A DNA stretch of 56,520 nucleotides. It comes from Anaerolineae bacterium (GTDB lineage Bacteria; Chloroflexota; Anaerolineae; Anaerolineales; E44-bin32). Positions 1-9,877 of this stretch are shown here, in pieces. Each line of letters starts with the position of its first letter. Position 1 is the stretch's first letter. The notes under the pieces were generated by a model that did not search any database, was not told the DNA's origin, and saw only the letters and a program-made list of their open reading frames with translations. A program made the translations under genes and the position numbers. The DNA lies in NCBI GenBank assembly GCA_011174845.1, contig DUEW01000015.1, positions 1 to 56,520 of the forward strand, read 5' to 3'.

Positions 1-1960
1 GTTGCTGGGCATCAGGTAAGTCACTGATCTCTTTCCGCCAGTAATCGATCAACTGCTCAATCTCTCGGTCATCGACTCTCACGCCTTGAAGACGCATCGG
101 AGCACCTGCCTCGGGTGAGAGGAAGAGCATGTCTCCGCGACCAAGCAACGTTTCTGCCCCCGTCGTATCGAGAATTACACGCGAGTCCACACCAGAGGCA
201 ACGGCGAAGGAGATGCGAGCAGGGAAGTTGGCCTTGATTAGTCCCGTGAGAATGTCGGTGCTGGGGCGTTGAGTGGCAAGGACCAAATGGATCCCAGTAG
301 CCCGCGCCATTTGAGCCAACCTGACCAATGTACTTTCGGTCTGATCAGGAGCCATCATCATCAAATCCGCTAACTCATCAATCATCACTACAATGCGCGG
401 TAGACGCTCAGCGTCTCTTTTACGACGAGTCTTTCGGTTATAGGCTTCCAAATCACGCGCCTTAGCCTCTTCAAGCAATCGATAACGGCGATCCATCTCC
501 GCCATACACCAGCGTAGGACCACAATGATCCGTTCCAGTTCCGTCTCAACTTTCCCGATCAGATGGGGCAACCCATTAAAACGGAGCAATTCCACCATCT
601 TCGGGTCGATCATGACCAGGCGCAAATCCTGCGGGGAATTCTCAAAGGCAAGACAGGTCGCGAGCGCTGTGATACACACCGACTTTCCTGATCCCGTCGT
701 TCCGGCAATAAGAAGGTGGGGCATAGAAGCCAAATCTGCTGCCACGGCCGTGCCTGAGACATCTCGGCCTAAAGCGATTGCCAGTGGAGATGAGATTGAC
801 TGGAAGGCCCCCGACTCTAACACCGGTCTTAAGCGGACCAACGATGGTCGCCGATTGGGGACCTCGATCCCAACAAACGATCTTCCCGGAACGGGTGCTT
901 CAATGCGGAGAGTTGGCGCTGACAACGCGAGCGCAAGGTCGTTCGCTAAGCCTGATATTTGGGATACGCGGACCTTCTGTCGACGCGTTTCCCCTTCAGC
1001 GTTTCTGTGTTCAGTGTATCCTGGTTCGACTGCAAATTGCGTTACCGCAGGACCTGTACGAAAATCAACAACCCTCACTGGGAGACCGAAATCCGCCAGT
1101 GTTTTTTCGATCAGCCCAGCTGTAAGATTGATCTCTTTCGATGTCACTCGGGTTAGCTTACCTTCATCCAACAATCCTAACGGAGGCAATCTCTCATCCC
1201 GAAAAACACCTCGTGCCGGTTTTTCGTCTAACAAATCTTTCACCTTAAAATTCTTACGGTAGGCGCGCGGCAAGCGAGTCGGCGGTTTGGTTATCACTGG
1301 GGAGGTCTGTTCAGGGCGTACCACTACTGCGATCGACTTGTCGTCTTCCGCCACACTCTCCTCACCTCTTGGTTCTCTCCGGCGGATATACTCGAGCCAA
1401 TGTTTTAGACTTGCCCAAACTCCGTGCAAACCATAGACACCGAAAATGAGCACGATTGCGGCGAGTACTATGGTCCTCAAGATCGGACCCAGAAGATCTT
1501 CAAGTAATATTGAGACACCCCATCCGATCAGGCCACCTCCGTAACCGAGCTCTGCGCGTGGCAGCCTCATTCCATCCAGCACCGAAAGCAATCCCAATAC
1601 ACCAACAATACAAATCTCAATGGCAATAACACGTGACCAATTAATTCCTAATTGAGTCCCCTGACGATGACGTACGAGTGCCACTGCCCCAGCAGCTAGT
1701 ATCAGGGGAATGAGCACCGCGCTCAATCCAAGCCAACGGCGCAAGAGCGAAACCCAAGGATCAATGATTGTGCCATGCGTCAGCCCAAGAAGACCGAGAA
1801 TCGTTACGATGGACATCGCACTCAATGTGACAGTACCCAAGTCGTCTGCGTAGTCGATGCCGCGTTCAAGCAAGGTCCACCATAGGTTCTCCGTGGTCCC
1901 GCTTTGCTTGGTCCTCTCCCCTTGTTGAGGAGCAGTTCTCTTTGGGCGGTTCTTTGCCAT
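1..1960 (-). CDS. ftsK: DNA translocase FtsK/SpoIIIE; C-terminus runs off the left edge
   Basis: Absent from the ORF track because no stop lies in the window. My reverse-strand translation from the ATG at 1958-1960 stays open to base 1. It shows N-terminal TM helices, Walker A IAGTTGSGKS, VVMIDELADLMM, and HLVLATQRPSTDILTGLIKANFPARISF. The + ORFs at 525-1262, 778-1125 and 959-1156 are antisense shadows. Confidence 0.9.
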   Translation of the reverse strand, partial: MAKNRPKRTAPQQGERTKQSGTTENLWWTLLERGIDYADDLGTVTLSAMSIVTILGLLGLTHGTIIDPWVSLLRRWLGLSAVLIPLILAAGAVALVRHRQGTQLGINWSRVIAIEICIVGVLGLLSVLDGMRLPRAELGYGGGLIGWGVSILLEDLLGPILRTIVLAAIVLIFGVYGLHGVWASLKHWLEYIRRREPRGEESVAEDDKSIAVVVRPEQTSPVITKPPTRLPRAYRKNFKVKDLLDEKPARGVFRDERLPPLGLLDEGKLTRVTSKEINLTAGLIEKTLADFGLPVRVVDFRTGPAVTQFAVEPGYTEHRNAEGETRRQKVRVSQISGLANDLALALSAPTLRIEAPVPGRSFVGIEVPNRRPSLVRLRPVLESGAFQSISSPLAIALGRDVSGTAVAADLASMPHLLIAGTTGSGKSVCITALATCLAFENSPQDLRLVMIDPKMVELLRFNGLPHLIGKVETELERIIVVLRWCMAEMDRRYRLLEEAKARDLEAYNRKTRRKRDAERLPRIVVMIDELADLMMMAPDQTESTLVRLAQMARATGIHLVLATQRPSTDILTGLIKANFPARISFAVASGVDSRVILDTTGAETLLGRGDMLFLSPEAGAPMRLQGVRVDDREIEQLIDYWRKEISDLPDAQQ

Positions 1961-2034
1961 GGTTTAGCTCAGCATACAAATACAAAGACCGGGCGTAACG
2001 GGATCGCCCGGTGCTCCTTTCCTATCATAGTACA

Positions 2035-3057
2035 CTAGAAGGGGATGGGAGCGTCAGGGTGTTCAGAGGCAGCGTTAGCTTCCGTCCCCTCTTCCTCGGA
2101 TCGAGGCACCTGCCGTAAACTCAACCCTAATCGACGCTCCTCGGCGTTGATGTGGATGATCCTGACTCGAACCTGCTCACCTTCACACAAAATATTTCGA
2201 GGGTGGAGAAGGTTTCCATCCCCTAATTCTGAAACATGAATCAAACCTTCCAGTCCATCCTCAATTCCGACGAACGCGCCAAACTTGACGACATTCGTCA
2301 CCGTACCCTCAACGATCTCGTCGATATTAAACCGATCCTCAACTGTCGCCCAAGGATCAGGCAACAACTCCTTCAAGCTGAGCGCGACCCTGCCCTGATC
2401 CCGATCGATCGAGAGGACTTGAACATCCAACTCTTGGCCACAACTCACGACATCCGCTGGATGTCGTACCCTTCCCCAGGATAACTCGGAGACATGGATC
2501 AAGCCCTCCACACCACCCAGATCGACGAAAACGCCGAAGCGCGTGATGTTTGTCACATTGCCCTTGACCTGATCCCCTTGTTGGAGATTTGCTAGAAGCT
2601 CCGCACGGGTGCCTGGTCCAGCCAAGGCAGCCCTTTCCGAGAAGACTAAACGACCACGTTCATGATCATACTCGATCACCTTCAGACACAGGTTTTGGCC
2701 GACCAAAGCTGAAAGTTGTTCACCTCGAGCTTCATCATCGTTGAGAGGTTGAACAGCAACCAAGTGTGAAACTGGGATAAAACCCCGTAGGCTTCTTGCC
2801 TCCACTAACAAGCCACCTCGATTGTATCCAATGACGGAAAGATCGATGGTGTCATCCTTTTCATAAAGTTCTTTAGCCCAATCCCAATCCTCCGGCGATC
2901 CATGGACCTCATTTTTCTCCCCCACAGAGCTACTAACCCTAGGTCGTTCTACTGAGCTGTGTCTGCCTTCATCCTGAAGCACCGCTGCCCACCAAGATTC
3001 ATCCATCGGCGACGGTGCTTCATCCCCCTCCCATCCTGAACCTTCTTCCATCTCCAT
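2035..3057 (-). CDS. S1 RNA-binding domain protein (three S1 repeats, acidic N-terminus)
   Basis: 340-aa ORF with repeated S1 motifs: GDQVKGNVTNITRFGVFVDLGGVEGLIHVSEL, GTVTNVVKFGAFVGIEDGLEGLIHVSEL, and GGLLVEARSLRGFIPVSHL. Confidence 0.8.
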   Translation of the reverse strand: MEMEEGSGWEGDEAPSPMDESWWAAVLQDEGRHSSVERPRVSSSVGEKNEVHGSPEDWDWAKELYEKDDTIDLSVIGYNRGGLLVEARSLRGFIPVSHLVAVQPLNDDEARGEQLSALVGQNLCLKVIEYDHERGRLVFSERAALAGPGTRAELLANLQQGDQVKGNVTNITRFGVFVDLGGVEGLIHVSELSWGRVRHPADVVSCGQELDVQVLSIDRDQGRVALSLKELLPDPWATVEDRFNIDEIVEGTVTNVVKFGAFVGIEDGLEGLIHVSELGDGNLLHPRNILCEGEQVRVRIIHINAEERRLGLSLRQVPRSEEEGTEANAASEHPDAPIPF

Positions 3058-3155
3058 CGCTTAACCTCATTCCACCCATTCGATAACTGCTGGGTTCCAG
3101 CCTAAATCAGGCGTAGGATACCCAAATCCAGAGAAAGTGCAAGCCGTTTGCCATC

Positions 3156-5093
3156 CTACGATAAGGACTCCTCAGCCGTTTCCGATGCAACTACTTCTCG
3201 TTCCATCTCAGCGACCGCCCGTGCTACTTCCTCGATGGCGACACGTTGTTTTCGGTATAAATCGGCTTCAGACATTGCCAGACGCATCGCAACATCACGT
3301 ACTTTCCGACCCTGTAGGAATTTCATCTCTAGAATATTGTACAGCATCCATTCTGCTGTGAAACGACGATCACCTTCAGGTCTCACACGCTCAATTGCCT
3401 GCCGCAAGATCGCACGTAGGGCGTTCACTGGATTGCCGTCGAGCTCCTGGGCAGCCCTACGCACAACTCGCAACTCAAGCAGCGGACTACGCGTCAGACG
3501 AGGTCCACCCCAATAATGTCCCAGAGCTTCTTTGACAAGATCTGTTATCTCCTCCTCCGTATGTACGCCATTCACAGATACCGTGAGAGAACCTGCTTTG
3601 CCATACAACGCTGCCGCTCTCAATCGTTGAATATCCTCCACTTCAGGCACCAATCGGTCAACCACACTGAAAACCTCCCGCTGTAATATCCGATCGGCCA
3701 AGGCGACCGTCGCACGCTCCACCAAGACCTTTAACCGTGCCTCTTCCTCGGGATTGAAATCGGGTTCCTCAGCTCGAGCAAATAATCCAAGCAATCCGAC
3801 GACTTCCCGAGGATCAGTCAGGCGTAATGGGATAAGCCAATATACATCCCAGGTGAAGACAGATCCTAAGAGCTCAAATCCCGTCTTCTCGTCCGTCACA
3901 AGGAACGGGGGCAGATCTTCCGTGCCCCGGAGCGGGTCGTGCGGCCCAACTGCGACCTCCAACTCTAATCCCTCCGGGCCAACAACAGCCACAAAAGCCG
4001 ATCCTACGCCCGTCACATCACAGGCAGCGTTAAGGACCGATTCAAGAAACTGTTTCAAATCACCAGTGGTGAGCAATCTCTCTTCAAGTAACTGAAGTCG
4101 TGCCACATCGCCTCGATCTTCACCATAAAAAAACCAACGTTCAATCGATGGACGCACTAAAGTAATGATGTATTGCAAGAGCAGTAATACGGCAACCATT
4201 GTGAATGGCACAGCTCGGCTATTCTCTAGTCCAAAGTATGCACTTATCCGACTAACGATTACGGTAACTGCTAGGACTGTTGAGGCAACTACCGGACCAC
4301 GCAAGATCCATTGGAAAAGACGACTCTTGACCACGCGATCAGGATAACTCACACCGAAATAAGCCACTGTATAGGCGATCATCACCATTTGGATAGCGGC
4401 GCTTATGTTTATCACAATAAGCAAGCCCCAAAAGAACAACGGTTGAGCCGCTAATCCAGGGCCTCCGATCATTAAGAATGGGAATGAGCCCAGCAATGGG
4501 CCAATGGAACCCACCATTAGATAACGCATACGCCGCTTACTTGAACGCGTCAAACAACGCTGATAAGACCGCCAGAGATTGACAGCGGCGAAACCAAGGA
4601 TGACGAGGGAAAAGAGCAAGAAGAGAGGGAATAATACTCCGGGACGTAGGTAGGCTACTGAATCAGAGAACGCTAAATCACCTGCTACGAGTTTTCCCAA
4701 ACCTGCGGCAGCTAACGTCGCCGCACCACCAAGATAGCTGAGAAAGACGATAACGATCCGTCTCCCCCGAGAAGGGCGCCCTGTGGCCTCTAAAAGCGCA
4801 TCTGAGAGATGGATGTAGGTCGCCGGGACAAAAGCTATTCCTACCCATTGAACACGCAACCAAAGTTCAATTTCACGGTCAACCTGAGCGAGACTCGTCA
4901 GTACATCGCCAAAATAAACGAGGGTGACACATGACAACAAGAGGGCAAGCGATCTAGCAACACGCTCTCGTACATTAAAGGTAAGCGTATATAAGACCAA
5001 CGAGAAGGCAGTGATCGCATTTCCAGCGTTCAAAATTTGGTTGATTACGAGTAAGGTAGCAAGAATAGTTTCAGTCATCGAAACAATATACAA
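3156..5093 (-). CDS. Polytopic membrane protein (about 8-9 TM helices) with a cytoplasmic GAF-like region and a C-terminal sigma-70 region-4-like HTH
   Basis: 645-aa ORF. The N-terminal 330 aa are a string of hydrophobic helices. The C-terminus reads WMLYNILEMKFLQGRKVRDVAMRLAMSEADLYRKQRVAIEEVA, which resembles a sigma70_r4/LuxR-type HTH. The ORF opens with TTG at 5093; the first ATG is at 5078 (MTETIL...). Confidence 0.6.
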   Translation of the reverse strand: MYIVSMTETILATLLVINQILNAGNAITAFSLVLYTLTFNVRERVARSLALLLSCVTLVYFGDVLTSLAQVDREIELWLRVQWVGIAFVPATYIHLSDALLEATGRPSRGRRIVIVFLSYLGGAATLAAAGLGKLVAGDLAFSDSVAYLRPGVLFPLFLLFSLVILGFAAVNLWRSYQRCLTRSSKRRMRYLMVGSIGPLLGSFPFLMIGGPGLAAQPLFFWGLLIVINISAAIQMVMIAYTVAYFGVSYPDRVVKSRLFQWILRGPVVASTVLAVTVIVSRISAYFGLENSRAVPFTMVAVLLLLQYIITLVRPSIERWFFYGEDRGDVARLQLLEERLLTTGDLKQFLESVLNAACDVTGVGSAFVAVVGPEGLELEVAVGPHDPLRGTEDLPPFLVTDEKTGFELLGSVFTWDVYWLIPLRLTDPREVVGLLGLFARAEEPDFNPEEEARLKVLVERATVALADRILQREVFSVVDRLVPEVEDIQRLRAAALYGKAGSLTVSVNGVHTEEEITDLVKEALGHYWGGPRLTRSPLLELRVVRRAAQELDGNPVNALRAILRQAIERVRPEGDRRFTAEWMLYNILEMKFLQGRKVRDVAMRLAMSEADLYRKQRVAIEEVARAVAEMEREVVASETAEESLS

Positions 5094-5639
5094 TCAATGC
5101 AGCTCAAGAGAGAAGAAAAGGGCAATGTCTTGCTCAGGATAATAATGATCACTATAGCCAGCAAACAGAAAGCCAAGTTTCCTGACCAAACGTATAGCAG
5201 GGTAATTCTTACTCTGCATCTCAATAAACATCTTCTTCAAACCATGCTCTCGGCACCAGTCACGAGCGGCTTGACACAAGCGCGTGGCAACTCCTTGTCG
5301 TCGGCACCGTAAACTTACAACCAAGTCAAGAATCCAACCCGAGTCAACAGCTGGTCCATGAATAATCGATACATATCCTAAGGGTTCGTCCTCTACCTCG
5401 GCTATCAAGAGAGTCTCTCGCATCACCCATTCATCTGCCAAGCGATTTGGATCCCGTGGATATGTAACCCGCATCGGTCTCGGAAGACGGACTTCACGAA
5501 AGGTCACCCCCACCTCACCTGATCCTCGGTCGATGGACATCTGCCAAACATGATCGGTACTATAACCATGATCGAGCGCCATCAGCGCCGGGATATCACC
5601 TGAGTTCGCACGTCGAATGGAATAGGTCTCCATATTCAT
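5094..5639 (-). CDS. GNAT family N-acetyltransferase
   Basis: 181 aa. Acetyl-CoA binding motif RRQGVATRLCQAARDWCREHGLKKMFIEMQSKNYPAIRLVRKLGF. Confidence 0.85.
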   Translation of the reverse strand: MNMETYSIRRANSGDIPALMALDHGYSTDHVWQMSIDRGSGEVGVTFREVRLPRPMRVTYPRDPNRLADEWVMRETLLIAEVEDEPLGYVSIIHGPAVDSGWILDLVVSLRCRRQGVATRLCQAARDWCREHGLKKMFIEMQSKNYPAIRLVRKLGFLFAGYSDHYYPEQDIALFFSLELH

Positions 5640-5749
5640 GTTCTCAATCGGTCACACCACAAACTTCGCTCATTTTTCCGAAGCATACACTGAATCCGAT
5701 CCCAATTCTTGTAATTTCAACCTCTTTTACCGAGATTGCTGATGATCCA

Positions 5750-6451
5750 TCACGGTGAAGGCAGGACGCGGAGCCGGATTTCACACGGAAGCGGCGCGTT
5801 TCCTGCTGTATCCGTAACCACAAGGCGAAAAGCGTAATCGCCTGGGATCACCAAGCTCGTGTTCCAAGTGCCCAGTTCTTCTGTTATATCGCAAAGTTCA
5901 CATACATGCTGTGTACCCGCTGATACTGGAATCCATTCTGCGTCAGGAGCTAACCTTCGGTATTCAAGCTTATAAAATGCAAAATTCTGTATGCTCGCTG
6001 CTCCAAAAATATTGACAACACCACTCACCGAATCTCCATCGACTGGGCTTGTAATCGTCGCATTTGGATTCTGACAGCCTGTACTATTAACAGACATCGG
6101 ATCGAACGGTGTTGCAGTGACAAAATCCTCAACTAGACCTTCCTCGCCAGTTTCCGGTGTTGCGAGCAGAGAAACCGTAGGTAACGGTGTCTGGCGAGAA
6201 GAAAGAGGTAATGCCGGACCGGCAAATGTCGCTACCACAAAAGTCGCCGCCAACGCGGCGAACACTAGAGCCAGCATCGCTCCCGAACGGATCAACATAC
6301 TCATTGCTCGTTCTCGCTCGAGGGCAAATACGGCTCGCCTGAGCTCGCGATAAGAGCGGAAAATAGAACGTACATATATCAATCCAGCTATCGCGAGCAG
6401 TAAGTATATCCAAGTTTGTTGCTCTTCTACGAAGAGCAAAATCTCTTCCAT
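5750..6451 (-). CDS. Hypothetical membrane-anchored protein with an extracytoplasmic beta-rich C-terminal domain
   Basis: 233-aa ORF with two N-terminal hydrophobic helices and no family motif I recognise. It is packed tightly between pnp and the GNAT gene on the same strand. Confidence 0.5.
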   Translation of the reverse strand: MEEILLFVEEQQTWIYLLLAIAGLIYVRSIFRSYRELRRAVFALERERAMSMLIRSGAMLALVFAALAATFVVATFAGPALPLSSRQTPLPTVSLLATPETGEEGLVEDFVTATPFDPMSVNSTGCQNPNATITSPVDGDSVSGVVNIFGAASIQNFAFYKLEYRRLAPDAEWIPVSAGTQHVCELCDITEELGTWNTSLVIPGDYAFRLVVTDTAGNAPLPCEIRLRVLPSP

Positions 6452-6462
6452 ACGACACCAGC

Positions 6463-7296
6463 TTAGAGCTGGCGGAGGACCCCCCTGATCAGTACCGACA
6501 GCCTCGGTGCAATGACTTTACCCGCTTCTAAAACCTCTTCATGGGTGGTGACAGTCTCTCCATCCAGATTGGCTTTATTGCTGATTCCCGAGATCCCTAA
6601 AACCCTCATCCCCCCGTGACGGGCAACTGTCGCCTCTGCTACAGTTGACATGCCAACCGCGTCAACTCCGATGCCTCTCAGGAATCGTAAATCCGCCGGT
6701 GTCTCAAAGGCAGGACCACCCAAGCAAATATAGACCCCTTCACGTAAGGGGATCTCGGTTTCCTTGGCAACTTGCTGGGCGAGAGCCATCAGATCACGAT
6801 CATACACTTGGCTCATATCCGGGAAGCGAGGGCCGAACTCGTCTAAGTTAGGTCCTAGGAGGGGAGTAAGCCCTGCCATCCCAATAAGATTGATGTGATC
6901 TGTAATTAACATCAAATCCCCCGGTACAAAATCTGGGTCCACAGCTCCTGCAGCATTCGTGACAATCAAGATTTCAATCCCCAAGCGTTGCATGACCCGT
7001 ACCGGCAATCCGATCTTAGCCATGCTATAGCCCTCATAATAATGCGCACGCCCTTGTAGGACCAAGACGGGTTGTCCTTCCAATTCGCCACAAACGAGTA
7101 AGCCCGCATGACCTTCCACGGTTGAAGCGGGCCAGCCAGGGATATCCCGTGTCGCGATTTTATTTGCTGATGCGACTGATTCCGCTAAGAGTCCCAGCCC
7201 AGACCCCAAGATCATGCCGATCCGAGGCTGGATGGATGTGTGTTTCAATATTGCTTGAACTGCGTTTTCGATGTCTGCATACGTCAAAAACCCCAT
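6463..7296 (-). CDS. Purine nucleoside phosphorylase (trimeric PNP type, inosine/guanosine class)
   Basis: 277 aa. Motifs: ILGSGLG, STVEGHAG, LQGRAHYYEG, IVTNAAGA, GPRFPDMS, GPAFETPAE-like GGPAFETPADLRFLRGIGVDAVGMSTVAE. Confidence 0.9.
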   Translation of the reverse strand: MGFLTYADIENAVQAILKHTSIQPRIGMILGSGLGLLAESVASANKIATRDIPGWPASTVEGHAGLLVCGELEGQPVLVLQGRAHYYEGYSMAKIGLPVRVMQRLGIEILIVTNAAGAVDPDFVPGDLMLITDHINLIGMAGLTPLLGPNLDEFGPRFPDMSQVYDRDLMALAQQVAKETEIPLREGVYICLGGPAFETPADLRFLRGIGVDAVGMSTVAEATVARHGGMRVLGISGISNKANLDGETVTTHEEVLEAGKVIAPRLSVLIRGVLRQL

Positions 7297-7300
7297 CCGT

Positions 7301-8164
7301 TTACTCCAAAGATTCCTGATTCGTCATCCCAAATCCTATCCAAATCGCATTTGGACTGGATAATCCTAGAAAGCGTTGTACTTCTCGTCGGGATTTTCCT
7401 TTTTCGAGCAGGTTCTTCGTTAGCGTGTGTCGCAAGGTTTGTGGAGAAACATCACTTCCCAAGCCTGCAATTTCTGCCCATCGCTTGACAACGAGCCAAA
7501 GACCTTGCCGACTAAAACCCTGACCCCTTTGATTCAAGAAGAAAGCATTTTCGCGCGGATTGCGCACCATATGAGGTCGGCTCTTGGTGATGTATATCCG
7601 CATGGATTCCTCTGCAGAACCCAAAGGTATTGGCCGATCACGAGATTGTGGTCGGTAGACCTCCTTCCTGCTTAAATCAACGTCCTCCAAACACAATTGG
7701 ATGACTTCAGCAGCTCGAAATCCTGTTGCAAGAATAAATTCAAGGATGGCGCGATCACGTATGGCGCGTGGATTGTCAAACCTGGTCGGCGCTTGGAGTA
7801 GGGCTTCCGTTTCGACCTGTGAAAGCACACGAGGCTCTTGCCGTTGAGGAGGAGGGGAAATAAGTTCATCCACATAGTGTGGAGGGCTAAGCTCTTCGAA
7901 ATCCCGAAGATAATTTAGGAAGGATCGGACGGCCGCGATTTTTCGAGACACCGTCGCTGGTTGATACCCTTGCTCCAGCAGCCACCTAACATATCCTGCC
8001 AATGTGTCGGGGCTAAGCACATCAGGTGTGATGGTTCTCGTTTCGCTGGCGAGAACTACGTGACTAAATTGCTGTAGATCAGCTCGATACGCCTGTATCG
8101 TATTCTCGGCACAACCTCGCTTTTCATCCAGGTGGGTGAGAAAGCGAAGGATGGCATTATCCAT
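7301..8164 (-). CDS. XerC/XerD-like tyrosine recombinase homolog with degenerate active site
   Basis: 287 aa. SAM-like N-domain (NTIQAYRADLQQF) and a catalytic-domain fold (RDRAILEFILATGFRAAEV ... LRHTLTKNLLEKG ... FLGLSSPNAIWIGFG). See the finding for the substituted catalytic residues. Confidence 0.75.
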   Translation of the reverse strand: MDNAILRFLTHLDEKRGCAENTIQAYRADLQQFSHVVLASETRTITPDVLSPDTLAGYVRWLLEQGYQPATVSRKIAAVRSFLNYLRDFEELSPPHYVDELISPPPQRQEPRVLSQVETEALLQAPTRFDNPRAIRDRAILEFILATGFRAAEVIQLCLEDVDLSRKEVYRPQSRDRPIPLGSAEESMRIYITKSRPHMVRNPRENAFFLNQRGQGFSRQGLWLVVKRWAEIAGLGSDVSPQTLRHTLTKNLLEKGKSRREVQRFLGLSSPNAIWIGFGMTNQESLE

Positions 8165-8331
8165 CTAACTCACCATACCCCAAATATTTACCCTTTAAGT
8201 CATTATACCACTCGCCTAAATTTACTTACCATAAGTGAAACCCAAAAAGCCTCTGAGATATGGGGTCACGTTCTATCATGTGTTATGTCAACCTATATCC
8301 TCCAAAACTTGAAGTAGGATTAGCCTTGAAC

Positions 8332-9312
8332 TTATATCTTCCTCCAATCGCTTACGCTTTCAATTTCTGCCAACTCGATTGGATCCAAGCGTAATCCGAT
8401 TGCTCCGAGATTATCTTCCAACTGCATCACAGTCCGTGGACCAATGATCGGGCTTGTGACGGAATGTCTAGATAGAAGCCAACTAAGCGCCATCTGTGAA
8501 ACGGTCTTCTCCCTCTCGACAGCTAATTTCTCGAGAACTTCCAAAACATGCCAGCTTCGGTCGTCAGACATATATCTCTTAAGACTCTCGCTGCTCGCTC
8601 CACGGCTTCCAGGTTCCGGGGCTTTGTCTCGTCGATATTTTCCCGTGAGAAAGCCTCTGGCTAATGGACTGTACGGCAGAACACCCAAGCCATAAGTCTG
8701 ACAAACATCCTCCAACTCACGCTCGTACTCTCCGCGGTGAAGGAGGTTGTAGTGTGGTTGTAGGCTGCTGAAACGAACCAAATTTCGTCGATCCGAAGTC
8801 CACAGGGCTTGCATCAAACGCCAGGATGGGAAGTTAGAGCAACCGATATAACGCACGTCCCCTCGTCGAACGAGGTCATCCAAAGCTGAGAGCGTCTCAT
8901 CGATCGGCGTTGACTCGTCTGGCCAATGGACTTGATAGAGGTCTATATAATCTGTATCCATACGCCTCAGAGAAGCCTCCGCAGCTGCTAAGATGTGCCC
9001 GCGAGAAAGACCCTCGTCGTTAGGGCCTTCTCCCATGCGGCCGCGCACTTTGGTCGCAATCACAACCTGATCACGCGCTGCGATCCCTTTATTCAACCAA
9101 CGACCGATGATCATCTCTGCGACCCCTCCTGGATTCCCCTCTACCCAGCTCGAGTAGATGTCAGCCGTATCGAGGAAGTTGATGCCGGATTCATACGCCG
9201 CAGTCAACACTTCGAAAGAGGTCGTCTCATCCGCAGTCCATCCAAATTGCATCGTCCCCAAACATAACTCTGAAACCATTAAACCGGTTTTGCCTACATG
9301 TCGGTATTCCAT
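8332..9312 (-). CDS. Aldo/keto reductase family oxidoreductase
   Basis: 326 aa. Motifs: GLMVSELCLGTMQFG, INFLDTADIYS, IDLYQVHWPD, IRYIGCSNF. Confidence 0.9.
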   Translation of the reverse strand: MEYRHVGKTGLMVSELCLGTMQFGWTADETTSFEVLTAAYESGINFLDTADIYSSWVEGNPGGVAEMIIGRWLNKGIAARDQVVIATKVRGRMGEGPNDEGLSRGHILAAAEASLRRMDTDYIDLYQVHWPDESTPIDETLSALDDLVRRGDVRYIGCSNFPSWRLMQALWTSDRRNLVRFSSLQPHYNLLHRGEYERELEDVCQTYGLGVLPYSPLARGFLTGKYRRDKAPEPGSRGASSESLKRYMSDDRSWHVLEVLEKLAVEREKTVSQMALSWLLSRHSVTSPIIGPRTVMQLEDNLGAIGLRLDPIELAEIESVSDWRKI

Positions 9313-9509
9313 TCTTTCCTCCTATAGAACAAAAAAACAGGATCTCCTCCATAAAGTGTGGATAGCTTATCTCTCGTTTTCTGATCGGTCTTAAGCATCC
9401 TAGAATGGCGCCCCTATTACGTTACATGCAACAACGAAAGTCTATTCGAATAGCAAAAATTGAACAGACGTTGGAGATCACCACTGATAAAGCCATGTTC
9501 ATCCTCAAG

Positions 9510-9612
9510 CATCATGTCGTTCCGAGGCTTTTTGCGTCAAAGAATCCTTAAGATGTAGCTCTATATATGAACCATCATAGGGATTCATCGCTGCGCTCGG
9601 AATGTCATGATG
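9510..9612. repeat. Imperfect inverted repeat (MITE-like palindromic element) in a 565-nt intergenic region
   Basis: The left arm is catcatgtcgttccgag...gaatcc (9510-9547). The right arm is ggattc...ctcggaatgtcatgatg (9581-9612). The termini are reverse complements with a few mismatches. Confidence 0.5.
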
Positions 9613-9877
9613 TCGGGTAAGATGAACTCACATTTGATTTAAGATAACCAGACCTTTTATGGTGCGTCAACTTCCCACATAAATTGGAGCAGACCCAAAT
9701 TAACTAACTTTCACAGTCAATTTTTGACTTAATGCGCGTATTCTTTAACAATGACATCGTGGGTTCAATCCATTGGTATTAAATGGGAATACTTTGTGGC
9801 TATTAAAGCTACTGTGGATCGATCAGCACAGGCACTAACGATGTGCCGATGTTATTCCCGGTTATATGGGTCCCGTT

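Noticed and set aside
525-1262. A 245-aa + strand ORF, with nested ORFs at 778-1125 and 959-1156
   Set aside because: They lie entirely antisense to the clearly motif-bearing ftsK frame. The composition is Arg/Ser/Pro-rich and typical of shadow ORFs, and no RBS is present.
9756-9780. A T-loop-like string (gtgggttcaatcc) suggesting another tRNA fragment
   Set aside because: Only about 11 nt resemble a T-arm. The flanking bases do not pair into a T-stem or an acceptor stem, so it is too short to distinguish from chance.
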